From positions 1 through 62,251 of the forward strand of contig WFNO01000005.1 of the NCBI GenBank assembly GCA_015488555.1: DNA of 62,251 nucleotides. The letters run 5' to 3'. Below, piece by piece: positions 41,161-50,261 of this stretch; the stretch's first letter is position 1, and each line of letters starts with the position of its first letter. Below the pieces are notes generated by a model, which was given only the letters and a program-made list of their open reading frames with translations, had not been told where the DNA came from and made no database searches. The translations under genes and the position numbers were made by a program. The stretch comes from Gammaproteobacteria bacterium. GTDB lineage: Bacteria > Pseudomonadota > Gammaproteobacteria > SZUA-140.

Positions 41161-43185
41161 ATGGCGACGACGAACGTGCTGAATCTCAACGCGGACCCGC
41201 GGTCGGGTCGCTTCAAGATGGAAATGCAGGCCTTCGCCGACTGGCGGGCCGCGCTCCTCAAGACCATCCAGGGATTCCACGGCTGGATCAGCCAGCACGA
41301 GTTGACCAGCCCCGAGATCGAGTTGCGTCTCTACGACGCCTTGCAAGCCCTGGAATCGGACCGCCTTAGCCTAGCCTTCGTAGCCGAATTCTCTCGCGGC
41401 AAGACTGAACTCATCAATGCCATTTTTTTTGCCGATTACGGCCGCCGACTGTTGCCCTCCGAGGTGGGGCGCACCACCATGTGCCCCACCGAACTGTTCT
41501 TCGATCATGAGAGCGGAGAATCCTACATCAAGCTGCTACCCATCGAGACTCGCCTCAGTGACATCAGCCTCAGCGAATTGAAAAATGAGGACAGCTATTG
41601 GACCAGGCTGCCCCTCGACGTGGAAGTGCCGGAGCAGATGGTGGCAACCTTCCGCGAAATCGTCAAAACCAAGGAAGTCACGGTGGAAGAGGCCGAAAAC
41701 CTGGGATTGTTTCATGCTTCCGGTGCGTCGGAAACTGAAGGGAGCGATCCAGACCGGCGGGTGGAGATTCCGGTCTGGCGCCATGCCATTATCAGTTTCC
41801 CCCATCCCCTATTGAAACAAGGCCTGGTGATCCTAGATACGCCGGGCCTCAACGCCTTGGGCAGCGAACCCGAACTGACCCTCAACATGCTGCCCAGTGC
41901 CCAGGCCGTGCTCTTTGTTCTCTCCGCAGACACCGGAGTCACGCGCAGCGATCTGGACATGTGGCAGAACCACATCATGTCCTGCCGTCGCAACCAGCAA
42001 CAGGGGTTGCTCGCTGTGCTCAACAAAATCGACACCCTGTGGGACGAGATGAAAGAGCCCGGTGAAATCGAGGCCTCCATCACGGAACAGTGCCGCGCCA
42101 CGGCCAACCTGTTGGGCATCGATGAGCAAAGCGTCTTTCCCGTGTCGGCGCAAAAGGCCCTGGTGGCCAAGATCCGTGGTAATCAGGAGCTGCTGGAACG
42201 AAGCAAGCTGTCGGCCCTGGAAGGACTACTGGCCAGCGAGATCCTGCCGGCACGGCAGCACATCCTGTGGGACAACATTGCCTCGGGACTGGATCACCTC
42301 ATCGACGAACTGCTCACCCCTTTGCTGGCCCAGCTGGAGGACACCAAGACCCAGATGCAGGAACTCTCCTCCCTGCGCGGCAGCAACGAAGAGGTGGTGC
42401 AGCAATTGCTGCAGAAGGCCAAGGAGAAGAAGGCCAGCTACTACGAATGCGTCAAGAGCTTTCAGCTCAGCCGGCGTAAACTGGCCTTGCAGGCCAAAAC
42501 CATGTTCAACACCCTGGACATCGAGGCCATCGACGCCCTCATCGAAAAGACCCGCCGGGAGATGTCGGGTAGTTGGACTACGGTGGGCATGAAGAACGGC
42601 ATGGCCGTCTTCTTCGACAGCATGCGTGATGCCATGCAGATCGTGAGCCGCCAGGCCGAGGAGACCCACAAGCTGGTGCAGAGCATCTACCACAAGTTTC
42701 AGACCGAATATGGCCTGCACGTGGCGGCGCCCCGCCCCTTCCCCATCAAGCGCTACAGCGACGAGTTGGACCGGCTATATCTGAAGTCGGAAGAGTTCCG
42801 CAACAGCACCTTCGCCACCATAAGCGAGCAGCACTTCGTAGTCAAAAAGTTCTTCATCTCCCTGGTCAGCCACGCCCGCAATCTCTTTTTGGAGACACAC
42901 AAAGAAACAGACTTGTGGCTCAGGGAACTCGTTACCCCTCTGGTCCAGCAGATCCAGGACAAGCGCCGTGGCATCGAACAGCACATGAAGACCCTAAGTA
43001 AGATCCGAGAATCGAAGAAGAACCTGGAAGGTCAGTTGACCGATCTACGCCAACAGTGCGAAACCTTGCAGACCAAGGCTCAAGCTCTGGAACGGTTCAA
43101 ACGGGAACTGCGCGCCTGCCAACCTGCACCGCGTAACACCTCCCCTGCCCCAAAAAACAAGCCCCAAAAGGCCACCAGCAAGTAG
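41161..43185 (+). CDS. Bacterial dynamin-like GTPase
   Basis: G1 AEFSRGKT, G2 RTT, G3 DTPG, G4 NKID, followed by a long helical/coiled-coil C-terminus. Confidence 0.88.
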   Translation: MATTNVLNLNADPRSGRFKMEMQAFADWRAALLKTIQGFHGWISQHELTSPEIELRLYDALQALESDRLSLAFVAEFSRGKTELINAIFFADYGRRLLPSEVGRTTMCPTELFFDHESGESYIKLLPIETRLSDISLSELKNEDSYWTRLPLDVEVPEQMVATFREIVKTKEVTVEEAENLGLFHASGASETEGSDPDRRVEIPVWRHAIISFPHPLLKQGLVILDTPGLNALGSEPELTLNMLPSAQAVLFVLSADTGVTRSDLDMWQNHIMSCRRNQQQGLLAVLNKIDTLWDEMKEPGEIEASITEQCRATANLLGIDEQSVFPVSAQKALVAKIRGNQELLERSKLSALEGLLASEILPARQHILWDNIASGLDHLIDELLTPLLAQLEDTKTQMQELSSLRGSNEEVVQQLLQKAKEKKASYYECVKSFQLSRRKLALQAKTMFNTLDIEAIDALIEKTRREMSGSWTTVGMKNGMAVFFDSMRDAMQIVSRQAEETHKLVQSIYHKFQTEYGLHVAAPRPFPIKRYSDELDRLYLKSEEFRNSTFATISEQHFVVKKFFISLVSHARNLFLETHKETDLWLRELVTPLVQQIQDKRRGIEQHMKTLSKIRESKKNLEGQLTDLRQQCETLQTKAQALERFKRELRACQPAPRNTSPAPKNKPQKATSK

Positions 43186-43216
43186 CGCGCCTGAGCGGAC
43201 TTATTCCAAGGTGGAC

Positions 43217-43750
43217 TCATTCCTGATCGGGCTCACCCCGCCGGCGCGCGCGATTGCGCAACACCAGGCTTTCCTCCCAACGCCGCAATAGCAACAGGCG
43301 TTCACCTCCACGGTCCTCGCTACACCGGGGACAGGTCAGGTAGGCGAGATACAATTCCTTTGGCATGCGCCCGCTGTCGATCAGCTCCCTCTGCATGTCC
43401 CGGATCACGTTGCGAGCGGTGCTGATGTTGCCGTGATGCAGGTGGGCCCGCAGGTGAAACGGCGAGGGCAGGTGCCGCACCTGGGTGGAGAGGGAATGTG
43501 TATCTTCGTGCAGCAGGCGCAGCATTCGCCCCCGCAACATGCCCGTCGAGAAGAGCACCAACCCCGGCCAGCGTTCCGCAAGCTGGAGCTTGATCAAGGC
43601 CTCCTGCTGTTTTTTGAGATAGGCCTCAAAGGCCAGGGGCATGTGCAGAAACATGGGTACGGACAATTCGTGCACCACGCTCCCACCCAAATCCACGTCT
43701 TCGTCCCGCCACGGGGGATATTCCCCGGGACAACCACATTCAAGTATCAT
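43217..43750 (-). CDS. Hypothetical protein with N-terminal CxC and C-terminal CxxC (possible GyrI-like fold)
   Basis: MILECGCPGEYPPW...LYLAYLTCPRC; start overlaps the stop of the upstream CcoN-fragment gene. Confidence 0.7.
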   Translation of the reverse strand: MILECGCPGEYPPWRDEDVDLGGSVVHELSVPMFLHMPLAFEAYLKKQQEALIKLQLAERWPGLVLFSTGMLRGRMLRLLHEDTHSLSTQVRHLPSPFHLRAHLHHGNISTARNVIRDMQRELIDSGRMPKELYLAYLTCPRCSEDRGGERLLLLRRWEESLVLRNRARRRGEPDQE

Positions 43751-44267
43751 GGCGACGCGTAGAAAAGATGGCCCTTGCGGTGAGAAAGACGTTGGCGAAA
43801 AAGACCCAGAAACCGATCCCCATGACCGTGGAAACGGAGGCGATGATAGGACTGTAGATGCTGTGCAACGCTGCAATCTCCTCGTGGTCACCAGCCAACA
43901 GGGCCTGACCCTTGAGGATGCCAAAGACCATCAGCGTGGTATAGAAGCCCGTCACTCCCAGCGCCGTCCACCAGAAGGAATGGTTGAGCAGGCGCACGGA
44001 ATAGACAGGGCGACCGCTGATGGCCTGGAACAAGTAATATGTCACCGCCATGCACAATAGCACCACCCCGCCCACCACGTTGATGTGGGCGTGGGCTAAG
44101 GGATCGATCATGTGGCCGGGCCCGCCATAGGGACTGCCAATGGAATCCAGCCAGGCCCGCACCGGCGGCAGCACCTGGACCACGCCATGTACCGTACCCA
44201 CGAAAAAGAAAAAAGGAGATGCTACCAGAAATTTCAGTAATTCTCGTTGAACCAATCTGTCCCCCAT
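43740..44267 (-). CDS. Stand-alone 4-TM protein homologous to the C-terminal helices of cbb3 oxidase subunit I
   Basis: AHAHINVVGG...YYLFQAISGRPVYSVRLLNHSFWW aligns by eye with AHAHLALLG...YFGLQQMLRRKLYSLALANFHYW of CcoN at 58743-60152. Confidence 0.8.
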   Translation of the reverse strand: MGDRLVQRELLKFLVASPFFFFVGTVHGVVQVLPPVRAWLDSIGSPYGGPGHMIDPLAHAHINVVGGVVLLCMAVTYYLFQAISGRPVYSVRLLNHSFWWTALGVTGFYTTLMVFGILKGQALLAGDHEEIAALHSIYSPIIASVSTVMGIGFWVFFANVFLTARAIFSTRRHDT

Positions 44268-44561
44268 CCTCGCTCCCGTCGATTTTTACTGACACACAAC
44301 CTTCGCCCTCCCCTGGCCCCCTGGCCGCCCCAGACAAGCTCCGAACTCAAACAAACCACTAAAATAGTCAAATTTTTGATTTTACTAAAACCTCTATCCC
44401 CAGCACAACTCTGGAAAAAACCACCGAACCGCACTCTTTGTCCGCTCCGAAGCCGCCTTGACCTGCGTGCAAACATGTGCAAAACTTCGATAGAGTTTGG
44501 GGGATGGTGTCGGCTGCCACCATCGTTCTTGAGAATAAAAATATCCGCAGGAGGAGGGAAC

Positions 44562-44675
44562 ATGGCTGGAAATTCCACCAATATCAACAAGTTCGACGGT
44601 TTTATCTGCATCGCGATGGCCGTTATCTGGTTTTTTCTGTTGTATGTCGCTTCGGCCCTGGCCCTGAAGGCCTGA
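44562..44675 (+). CDS. 37-aa single-TM microprotein (MAGNSTNINKFDGFICIAMAVIWFFLLYVASALALKA)
   Basis: AGGAGGAGGG RBS, one hydrophobic helix, followed by a terminator. Confidence 0.65.
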   Translation: MAGNSTNINKFDGFICIAMAVIWFFLLYVASALALKA

Positions 44676-44735
44676 AATCCGGGTACGATTTCTGGAAAGG
44701 CTTCGCGTCGGCGAGGTCGTTCTTACAATTTTTAT

Positions 44736-44768
44736 AAAAAAGGCCAGGTTCGTGCACTGGCCTTTTTT
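44736..44768. terminator. Bidirectional intrinsic terminator
   Basis: aaaaaaggccag-gttcgtgca-ctggcctttttt. Confidence 0.8.
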
Positions 44769-44908
44769 CATTCCTGTGGCTGCCGTTGCAGCACTGAGGT
44801 TTTTTCTTATAACATTGTCGTGCTGTAGGTTTTTAGCGCCCACCTCCCTGACAAAAGAGAAGGACACCGGCACTCCTGCCCTTGTGGCGCCCAAGGAAAC
44901 GGTCACAT

Positions 44909-45928
44909 ATGGCCCGCCATAAACATATGGTACACGAGCAGTCCTTTCGTGCCCTCCTGCTGTGGCTGGGCTGGGCGGCCACGGCCATCGCAGTCTATTT
45001 CATTCTCTATCTGGACACCAATCTATGGCAATTCATGAAACAGGACCCCAGCCGCATCACGTGGGTAATCATGGGGCTGTTTCTCATGGGGCTGGCCATC
45101 AGTTTCGCTCTCACCATCTCCATTACCAACGAGGCCATCCAGGCAGTGCGTCTGGGCAATATTGCCAAGCAGACCAGCCTGCCCGGCATCAATCCCGAGG
45201 ACGACCGTCATGCCGTGCAGCGTTTCTTCATTGCCCTCAAGGAGGTGCTGTCCAAGAACGGCCAACCCGATATCGAATCTCTCATCGAAGTGGAATTGGC
45301 GGACTATCATCGCAAGAGCCATGCAGTGGAGGTCATCGGTAACCTGCTCATCACCTTGGGGCTCATCGGCACGGTAATCGGACTCACGCTCACCCTGTCT
45401 GGCTTGACCACCTCGCTGGACGCTCTGGGCGAGGACCAACAGCGACTGTTGAGTGGCCTGCGCCGGGCCATGGGTGGCATGGGTACGGCCTTCTATACCA
45501 CCCTACTGGGCTCCATTCTCGGGGGAGTCATCCTGCGCGTGTTCGCACTCATAACCGACGGTGGTATCCAGAATCTCTCAGATACCCTAAAGAAGATCTG
45601 TATGGTGTACTGCGCCTCAGACTGCAAACCCACTATGGAACGCGACATCCGCGCTCTGAATCACGAAATCGAACACCTGGGGGCCAACGTCGCCACCCTG
45701 CGCCAGGCTATCGATGAAACCACTGCAGCCATGCAACAATTCCACAAAGAAGCCAAACAACTCAACCAGATCAATGATTCAGAGGACCGGAACAAGACCC
45801 TTAGGGATGCCGTAGTCCTGCAAATGTATTACACGGACCTTCTGAAGAAGGAGATTCAGATGATCAACAAGGTCAATCGCTCTTGGTGGGGGAGACTGCG
45901 CCGCGCTCTACGCGCCGGCCGCCATTGA
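44909..45928 (+). CDS. MotA/TolQ/ExbB proton-channel family protein with coiled-coil tail
   Basis: LGLIGTVIGL and GMGTAFYTTLLG channel motifs; two extra N-terminal TM helices. Confidence 0.85.
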   Translation: MARHKHMVHEQSFRALLLWLGWAATAIAVYFILYLDTNLWQFMKQDPSRITWVIMGLFLMGLAISFALTISITNEAIQAVRLGNIAKQTSLPGINPEDDRHAVQRFFIALKEVLSKNGQPDIESLIEVELADYHRKSHAVEVIGNLLITLGLIGTVIGLTLTLSGLTTSLDALGEDQQRLLSGLRRAMGGMGTAFYTTLLGSILGGVILRVFALITDGGIQNLSDTLKKICMVYCASDCKPTMERDIRALNHEIEHLGANVATLRQAIDETTAAMQQFHKEAKQLNQINDSEDRNKTLRDAVVLQMYYTDLLKKEIQMINKVNRSWWGRLRRALRAGRH

Positions 45929-45980
45929 TCCCCCCTCGCACTTCTCTTCTAGAGACATGTCATGAAGGAGGAAGCTGACC

Positions 45981-46748
45981 ATGGCCAAATTTCGTAAATC
46001 GGCTTCCAATGTTCATGAGAGCTTCTCAGACGTGGCCTTGCTCATGCTGGCCACTTTCATCTTCCTTTTGGTGACCATCCTCATCACCACCCGCATCGCT
46101 GAAGAAAACGAATTGCCCAAGCTGCGCAAGCAGGTGGAGATGTTGCAAGAACAGTTGCAGCTTGCTGAATCTGACAAGGAGCGTCTAAAAAAGAATTTCA
46201 AGCGCGTCCTGATTACCGACCCAGATACCCAGCTAGAGACCATACTAGAGAGCGCCAACGTGGGACGCAAGGATTTCGAGATGTTCGTCAAGGGTTTGAA
46301 GGAGATCCCAGGCAAGGACCTGCATCTGGTGGTGGACGCCTCCGGTTCCATGCACGGAGTCTCCATGTTCTTGGTACCCATCTTGCGCCTCATCGTCATC
46401 CGCGCTGACAAGCACTTGAGCGCCATCACCTGGTTCTCGGACAGTCGCGCCAAGACCTATCAGGGCACCATGGGTGAGATGTTCGACAACCTCATGAGCG
46501 AGGCTCCCTTCGTGGGTAACCGGGAAACAATCGGCCGTGCCTTTCGCGTGGCGGCGCGTGAGGCTCCTCCGCCCGGAGCCTACTTGCTTGTCGGAGACGA
46601 ACCTTCAGACGACACTATTTATTACAGCGAGATCCCCAGCCCCGTTTTCACCTTACCCATGGGACGCTCGGACCCCGACACCGACAAAGAATACCGCACC
46701 CTGGCCCAGAAGACGGGCGGACGCATGCTGCACCTGACCTTTAGATGA
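45981..46748 (+). CDS. Membrane-anchored vWA-domain protein
   Basis: TM segment SFSDVALLML (ExbD/MotB-like Asp), coiled coil, MIDAS VVDASGSM, VGDEP, LAQKTGG. Confidence 0.8.
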   Translation: MAKFRKSASNVHESFSDVALLMLATFIFLLVTILITTRIAEENELPKLRKQVEMLQEQLQLAESDKERLKKNFKRVLITDPDTQLETILESANVGRKDFEMFVKGLKEIPGKDLHLVVDASGSMHGVSMFLVPILRLIVIRADKHLSAITWFSDSRAKTYQGTMGEMFDNLMSEAPFVGNRETIGRAFRVAAREAPPPGAYLLVGDEPSDDTIYYSEIPSPVFTLPMGRSDPDTDKEYRTLAQKTGGRMLHLTFR

Positions 46749-46754
46749 GCGCAC

Positions 46755-47201
46755 TCAGTCGCGGGTGCGCACGTTGTGCATTTCGATGCGCACGATGCGG
46801 TCGGAGACGGGCTGGAACAGGATCAACCCCTCGGTGGCGTGTTTTTTGCTGTAGCGGGTTTTGTATTTGAGAATGTAACGGCGCCCGCTGAAGACGGTGT
46901 TCACCACTGTGTCTTTCAGGCGAAAATCCTCCAAATCCCCCAGCTCTTGGCGATTGCGCTCCAGCTCGGCAATAATCTCTTGCCGGGGAATCTTCTCAAT
47001 GAACAGGCCGGCGGCAGTGGTAAAATCACCCCGCTGTACTGCTTCGTAGAATCGCTGACCGACCTCCTCAGCCGTGGGGCCCACGGGCTCTTCACTGCAG
47101 GCAGAGAGGGTCACCAGCCCTCCCAGTAGCAGTAGGGTAAAAAGCAGGGATCGCCTCAACCTCCTGTCGACCTTCGTTTGCTTCATCTGGGCTCGCTCCA
47201 T
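46755..47201 (-). CDS. Hypothetical lipoprotein
   Basis: Basic N-terminus, hydrophobic stretch, lipobox LSAC. Confidence 0.7.
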   Translation of the reverse strand: MERAQMKQTKVDRRLRRSLLFTLLLLGGLVTLSACSEEPVGPTAEEVGQRFYEAVQRGDFTTAAGLFIEKIPRQEIIAELERNRQELGDLEDFRLKDTVVNTVFSGRRYILKYKTRYSKKHATEGLILFQPVSDRIVRIEMHNVRTRD

Positions 47202-47442
47202 TATTCGGGCTTTCTTCGAAAATATTGAGCGTTCATGGGGTTGGAATTATGCGCTATAATGGCTGGGTCGGTTCTGGCTGATCGAATTTTGGCTTCGGTC
47301 ACCCGTCCGGCTCCTTCTGTAAAACTGCCGGGAGCGTTTCCGAGACCGTTTCAGTAACTTACACGCTCGCTCCCTCTGAGTAAAGTGGCGATAAGTCGTA
47401 ACCGCAGATCGCGAACGCGGTGCGGAATAAGACGAAGAGGTC

Positions 47443-48759
47443 ATGAAAGGCAATACCTCCATCAAGGGCATTCCCATCACCGTACGGGCGCCCCGTCGTA
47501 CGCCTGCCAATCTCTCCACCTGGAGATTCTTCAGTCGGGCAGGCGGATTACTGCTCCTGATCCTTATCCCCCTGTCCGGAATCTTTCGGATCGACTTGTC
47601 CTCAGGGTTCGTCATCCTCAATCACCAGGTGTGGTTTGCTGACTTCTTCATCGTCTTCGGTTTTTGGCTGGCCGCCGCTTGCCTGCTCATTCTGCTCTAC
47701 TCCTCGCTGGGTACGGTGTTCTGCGGCTGGCTCTGTCCCCAGAACACGGCCTCCACCTGGGCCAACAAGGTCACTACCAAGCTGTTGGGTAAACGGGCCA
47801 TCATCAACTGGGGAGACGAAGGCACTGACGTACGAGTCTCCACGGGCAAGAACAAGCCGCTCAACTGGTTGATCCTATTTTTCAAGTTGCTAGCCATGGC
47901 CATGTTCCTGGCCTTGATCCCCTTGCTGTATTTCTTCCCTCCCGGGGCTATGTGGTCCTTTGTCACTTTCCAGGAGGACGAGCGTCTAGCGGGCTCTCTC
48001 TATTGGATCTACACCGTGTTCGTGTTCATCACCTTTGCCAACATCGCCGTGGTTCGCCACTACACCTGCCGGTACATGTGCATCTATCGCATGTGGCAAT
48101 TCCTATTCAAGACCCGGGATACACTGCACGTGGAATACGATGCCTCGCGTGGGGAGGAATGCCGCAAATGCAATTTCTGCGTCACCGCTTGCCCGGTAGG
48201 CATCGATCCGCGCCAGACCCTCACCTTCGACAGTTGTACCAACTGCGGAGAATGCATCACGGCCTGTGATCGATTACACCAGCACCGTGATGGCACCCCT
48301 GGGCTGTTACGCTTCCGCTTCGGTCAGCGCAAGGGCAAGCATCAGTTGTCCAATAGAGTCCCCCTGACCAGCCTCCTGGGACGCGCCTCTTGGGTGGCCC
48401 CGGTATTCATCCTGGCCCTGGGCATCCTGACTTGGGGCATCGTCCAGTACGAACCCTATCACCTGTCGGTGTTCCGGGCGGATTCCGCCGGCAGCGGCGG
48501 CAGGATCCTGGACTATCAGATCAATGTCGCCAACAAGACCTACGAACCCACCATCATAGAACTGCAGGTCGCTGGCCTGCCCGATGATCGCTATATCCTG
48601 GAACGCTCTACGGTGCATTTCGAAACCGCCACTCGCAAAGACGTGCGCCTGCACATCGATGGTGGACTGAACCCCGGTCTGTATCGCATCACCATCACTG
48701 CCCGAGCTGCCGGTAGTGATTGGGAAAAACGCTATAATATACAGCATTACGTTCCTTGA
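47443..48759 (+). CDS. ccoG: CcoG/FixG-family membrane polyferredoxin
   Basis: FCGWLCPQ, CRYMC, CRKCNFCVTACPVGID, CTNCGECITACD, and a C-terminal Ig-like domain. Confidence 0.88.
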   Translation: MKGNTSIKGIPITVRAPRRTPANLSTWRFFSRAGGLLLLILIPLSGIFRIDLSSGFVILNHQVWFADFFIVFGFWLAAACLLILLYSSLGTVFCGWLCPQNTASTWANKVTTKLLGKRAIINWGDEGTDVRVSTGKNKPLNWLILFFKLLAMAMFLALIPLLYFFPPGAMWSFVTFQEDERLAGSLYWIYTVFVFITFANIAVVRHYTCRYMCIYRMWQFLFKTRDTLHVEYDASRGEECRKCNFCVTACPVGIDPRQTLTFDSCTNCGECITACDRLHQHRDGTPGLLRFRFGQRKGKHQLSNRVPLTSLLGRASWVAPVFILALGILTWGIVQYEPYHLSVFRADSAGSGGRILDYQINVANKTYEPTIIELQVAGLPDDRYILERSTVHFETATRKDVRLHIDGGLNPGLYRITITARAAGSDWEKRYNIQHYVP

Positions 48760-48774
48760 GATGGGAGCAACTCC

Positions 48775-49167
48775 ATGGTCAAGAAAGTCATCAAAGACGA
48801 TATCCCCTTGAAACCCGCCCAGGAAGTGAAATGGGGCGAGACCCCGAAAGACCACTTGGGTTACAAGAGCGAAGCGGACCGCATCGAACGCCGTGGCCTG
48901 GAAGACTGGGAAATGGTGGAAAAAATGTCCGAGCAATCGGACCACAAAATCCCTTACTGGTTCTTCGCCTTGTTCTTCATATTGCTGCTAGTGGCCACCG
49001 GATTAACCTTCCCCTTTTGGGGGGTGCGGCCTGGCTTTGAACGCCCCTGGTTCGACTGGGGCATTGTCGCCGGTGTGATCTGGGTGGTAAGTATGGCCGC
49101 CATCATCTATTACCTGGTCGACTATCGGCATCGGCGCAAGAACAAACGCGATTCCTCGTCGTCATGA
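48775..49167 (+). CDS. Hypothetical 2-TM membrane protein
   Basis: GGGAG RBS; two hydrophobic segments and a basic tail; follows ccoG closely. Confidence 0.75.
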   Translation: MVKKVIKDDIPLKPAQEVKWGETPKDHLGYKSEADRIERRGLEDWEMVEKMSEQSDHKIPYWFFALFFILLLVATGLTFPFWGVRPGFERPWFDWGIVAGVIWVVSMAAIIYYLVDYRHRRKNKRDSSSS

Positions 49168-49601
49168 GTAGAACCTCTCGCAGATACCGCCCTGCAACTA
49201 TCGGGTGGCTGACAAGTATGCCCCTGTTGTTTCTACTCGGCGCTTGCAGCAAGGATGACATACCGCGCTATCCCCCGCAAATCTGGGAAGATATCACCGT
49301 GGAGGTTGAAACCCGCCCTACGCGCATCACGCGCGGTATGATCGAATTCCTGGTAATTGCCACCCGCCCGCCGCGACGGCCGGCACACGATCTCATCGTC
49401 TCCTTTCGAATCAACGACGAGGGGAAATGGCACCAAGCCATTCAAGACGGCCACGTCGGAGTCTATCGACGTGCCATTTTTGTGAACGATCCTCAGCAAG
49501 ACGTATTGACAGTGAGACTCCAAAGAGATGATCGGGAGGGGATACTGTACTTTCCCTTACGTCAGGATGACCCCGCTATGTCCAGCGACCCATCTTCCTG
49601 A
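49164..49601 (+). CDS. Hypothetical lipoprotein
   Basis: Lipobox LGAC; ATGA overlap with the upstream gene. Confidence 0.7.
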   Translation: MSRTSRRYRPATIGWLTSMPLLFLLGACSKDDIPRYPPQIWEDITVEVETRPTRITRGMIEFLVIATRPPRRPAHDLIVSFRINDEGKWHQAIQDGHVGVYRRAIFVNDPQQDVLTVRLQRDDREGILYFPLRQDDPAMSSDPSS

Positions 49602-49654
49602 TCACCCCCTGAAAAGAACAGCCCCCTCCCGAATGAGGGTATATTAGAACCCGC

Positions 49655-49732
49655 TCAGGCGGCTGCGAGAGGCAGCAGCACGAAGAAGAGCAAGGTCAGT
49701 GCCAACAAGATCCATAACAGTGTCGTGTTCAT
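49655..49732 (-). CDS. 25-aa hydrophobic microprotein (MNTTLLWILLALTLLFFVLLPLAAA)
   Basis: AAAGGAGGT RBS; similar to the 25-aa ORF at 61822-61899. Confidence 0.65.
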   Translation of the reverse strand: MNTTLLWILLALTLLFFVLLPLAAA

Positions 49733-50028
49733 CTCGACCTCCTTTCATTTGTTTTGTTGTTGTTGCTCGCTTGCTCGCTCGTGATCGCTACCCTTCCCGA
49801 GGCAGCAATCACCCTATAATCATCATGGAATCAGGGGCAGAAATCAATACCACACGAAAATAAAGGAGAAATAATCCGAGAATCAGCAATTTATCAATAT
49901 TATTCCCTGTGGAATCCCTTGTACGCTCAACAGCGGTTGCTTTTCTTGACAAGCGTGGTTAGAATGGCTGATGTCTATCCCTCATGAGCAGGGAGGGGCA
50001 GCACAAAAATAACAGGAGGGTTGGAAAC

Positions 50029-50160
50029 ATGGTCGAAGATCTTGGTATCAATGTATTGGTGCCTATTCTGGTTTTCCTGATTCTGATTGTAGGTAGCATC
50101 ATGATCACCAACAAGGCGATTGAAGACGTAAATCGCCGCCGCAGCAGCGGGGAGTATTGA
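50029..50160 (+). CDS. 43-aa single-TM microprotein (MVEDLGINVLVPILVFLILIVGSIMITNKAIEDVNRRRSSGEY)
   Basis: AGGAGG RBS, one TM with a positive C-terminal flank, followed by a terminator. Confidence 0.7.
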   Translation: MVEDLGINVLVPILVFLILIVGSIMITNKAIEDVNRRRSSGEY

Positions 50161-50199
50161 GCCCTGCACCTGCGTCTGTCTGGATTTTAGAATCCATTG

Positions 50200-50229
50200 A
50201 AAAGGCCCGCAAAGAGCGGGCCTTTTTTT
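50200..50229. terminator. Bidirectional intrinsic terminator
   Basis: aaaaggcccgc-aaaga-gcgggccttttttt between convergent genes. Confidence 0.85.
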
Positions 50230-50261
50230 GTGCACGCCTTCCCTCCCTTCCGTGAGAAAAG

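Noticed and set aside
44365-44395. FNR box upstream of the CcoN mini-paralog
   Set aside because: Only a TTGAT half-site; the second half does not match ATCAA.
44247-44675. 142-aa ORF as listed in the track
   Set aside because: The upstream part crosses an AT-rich divergent promoter region; only the last 37 codons have an RBS and a coherent TM.
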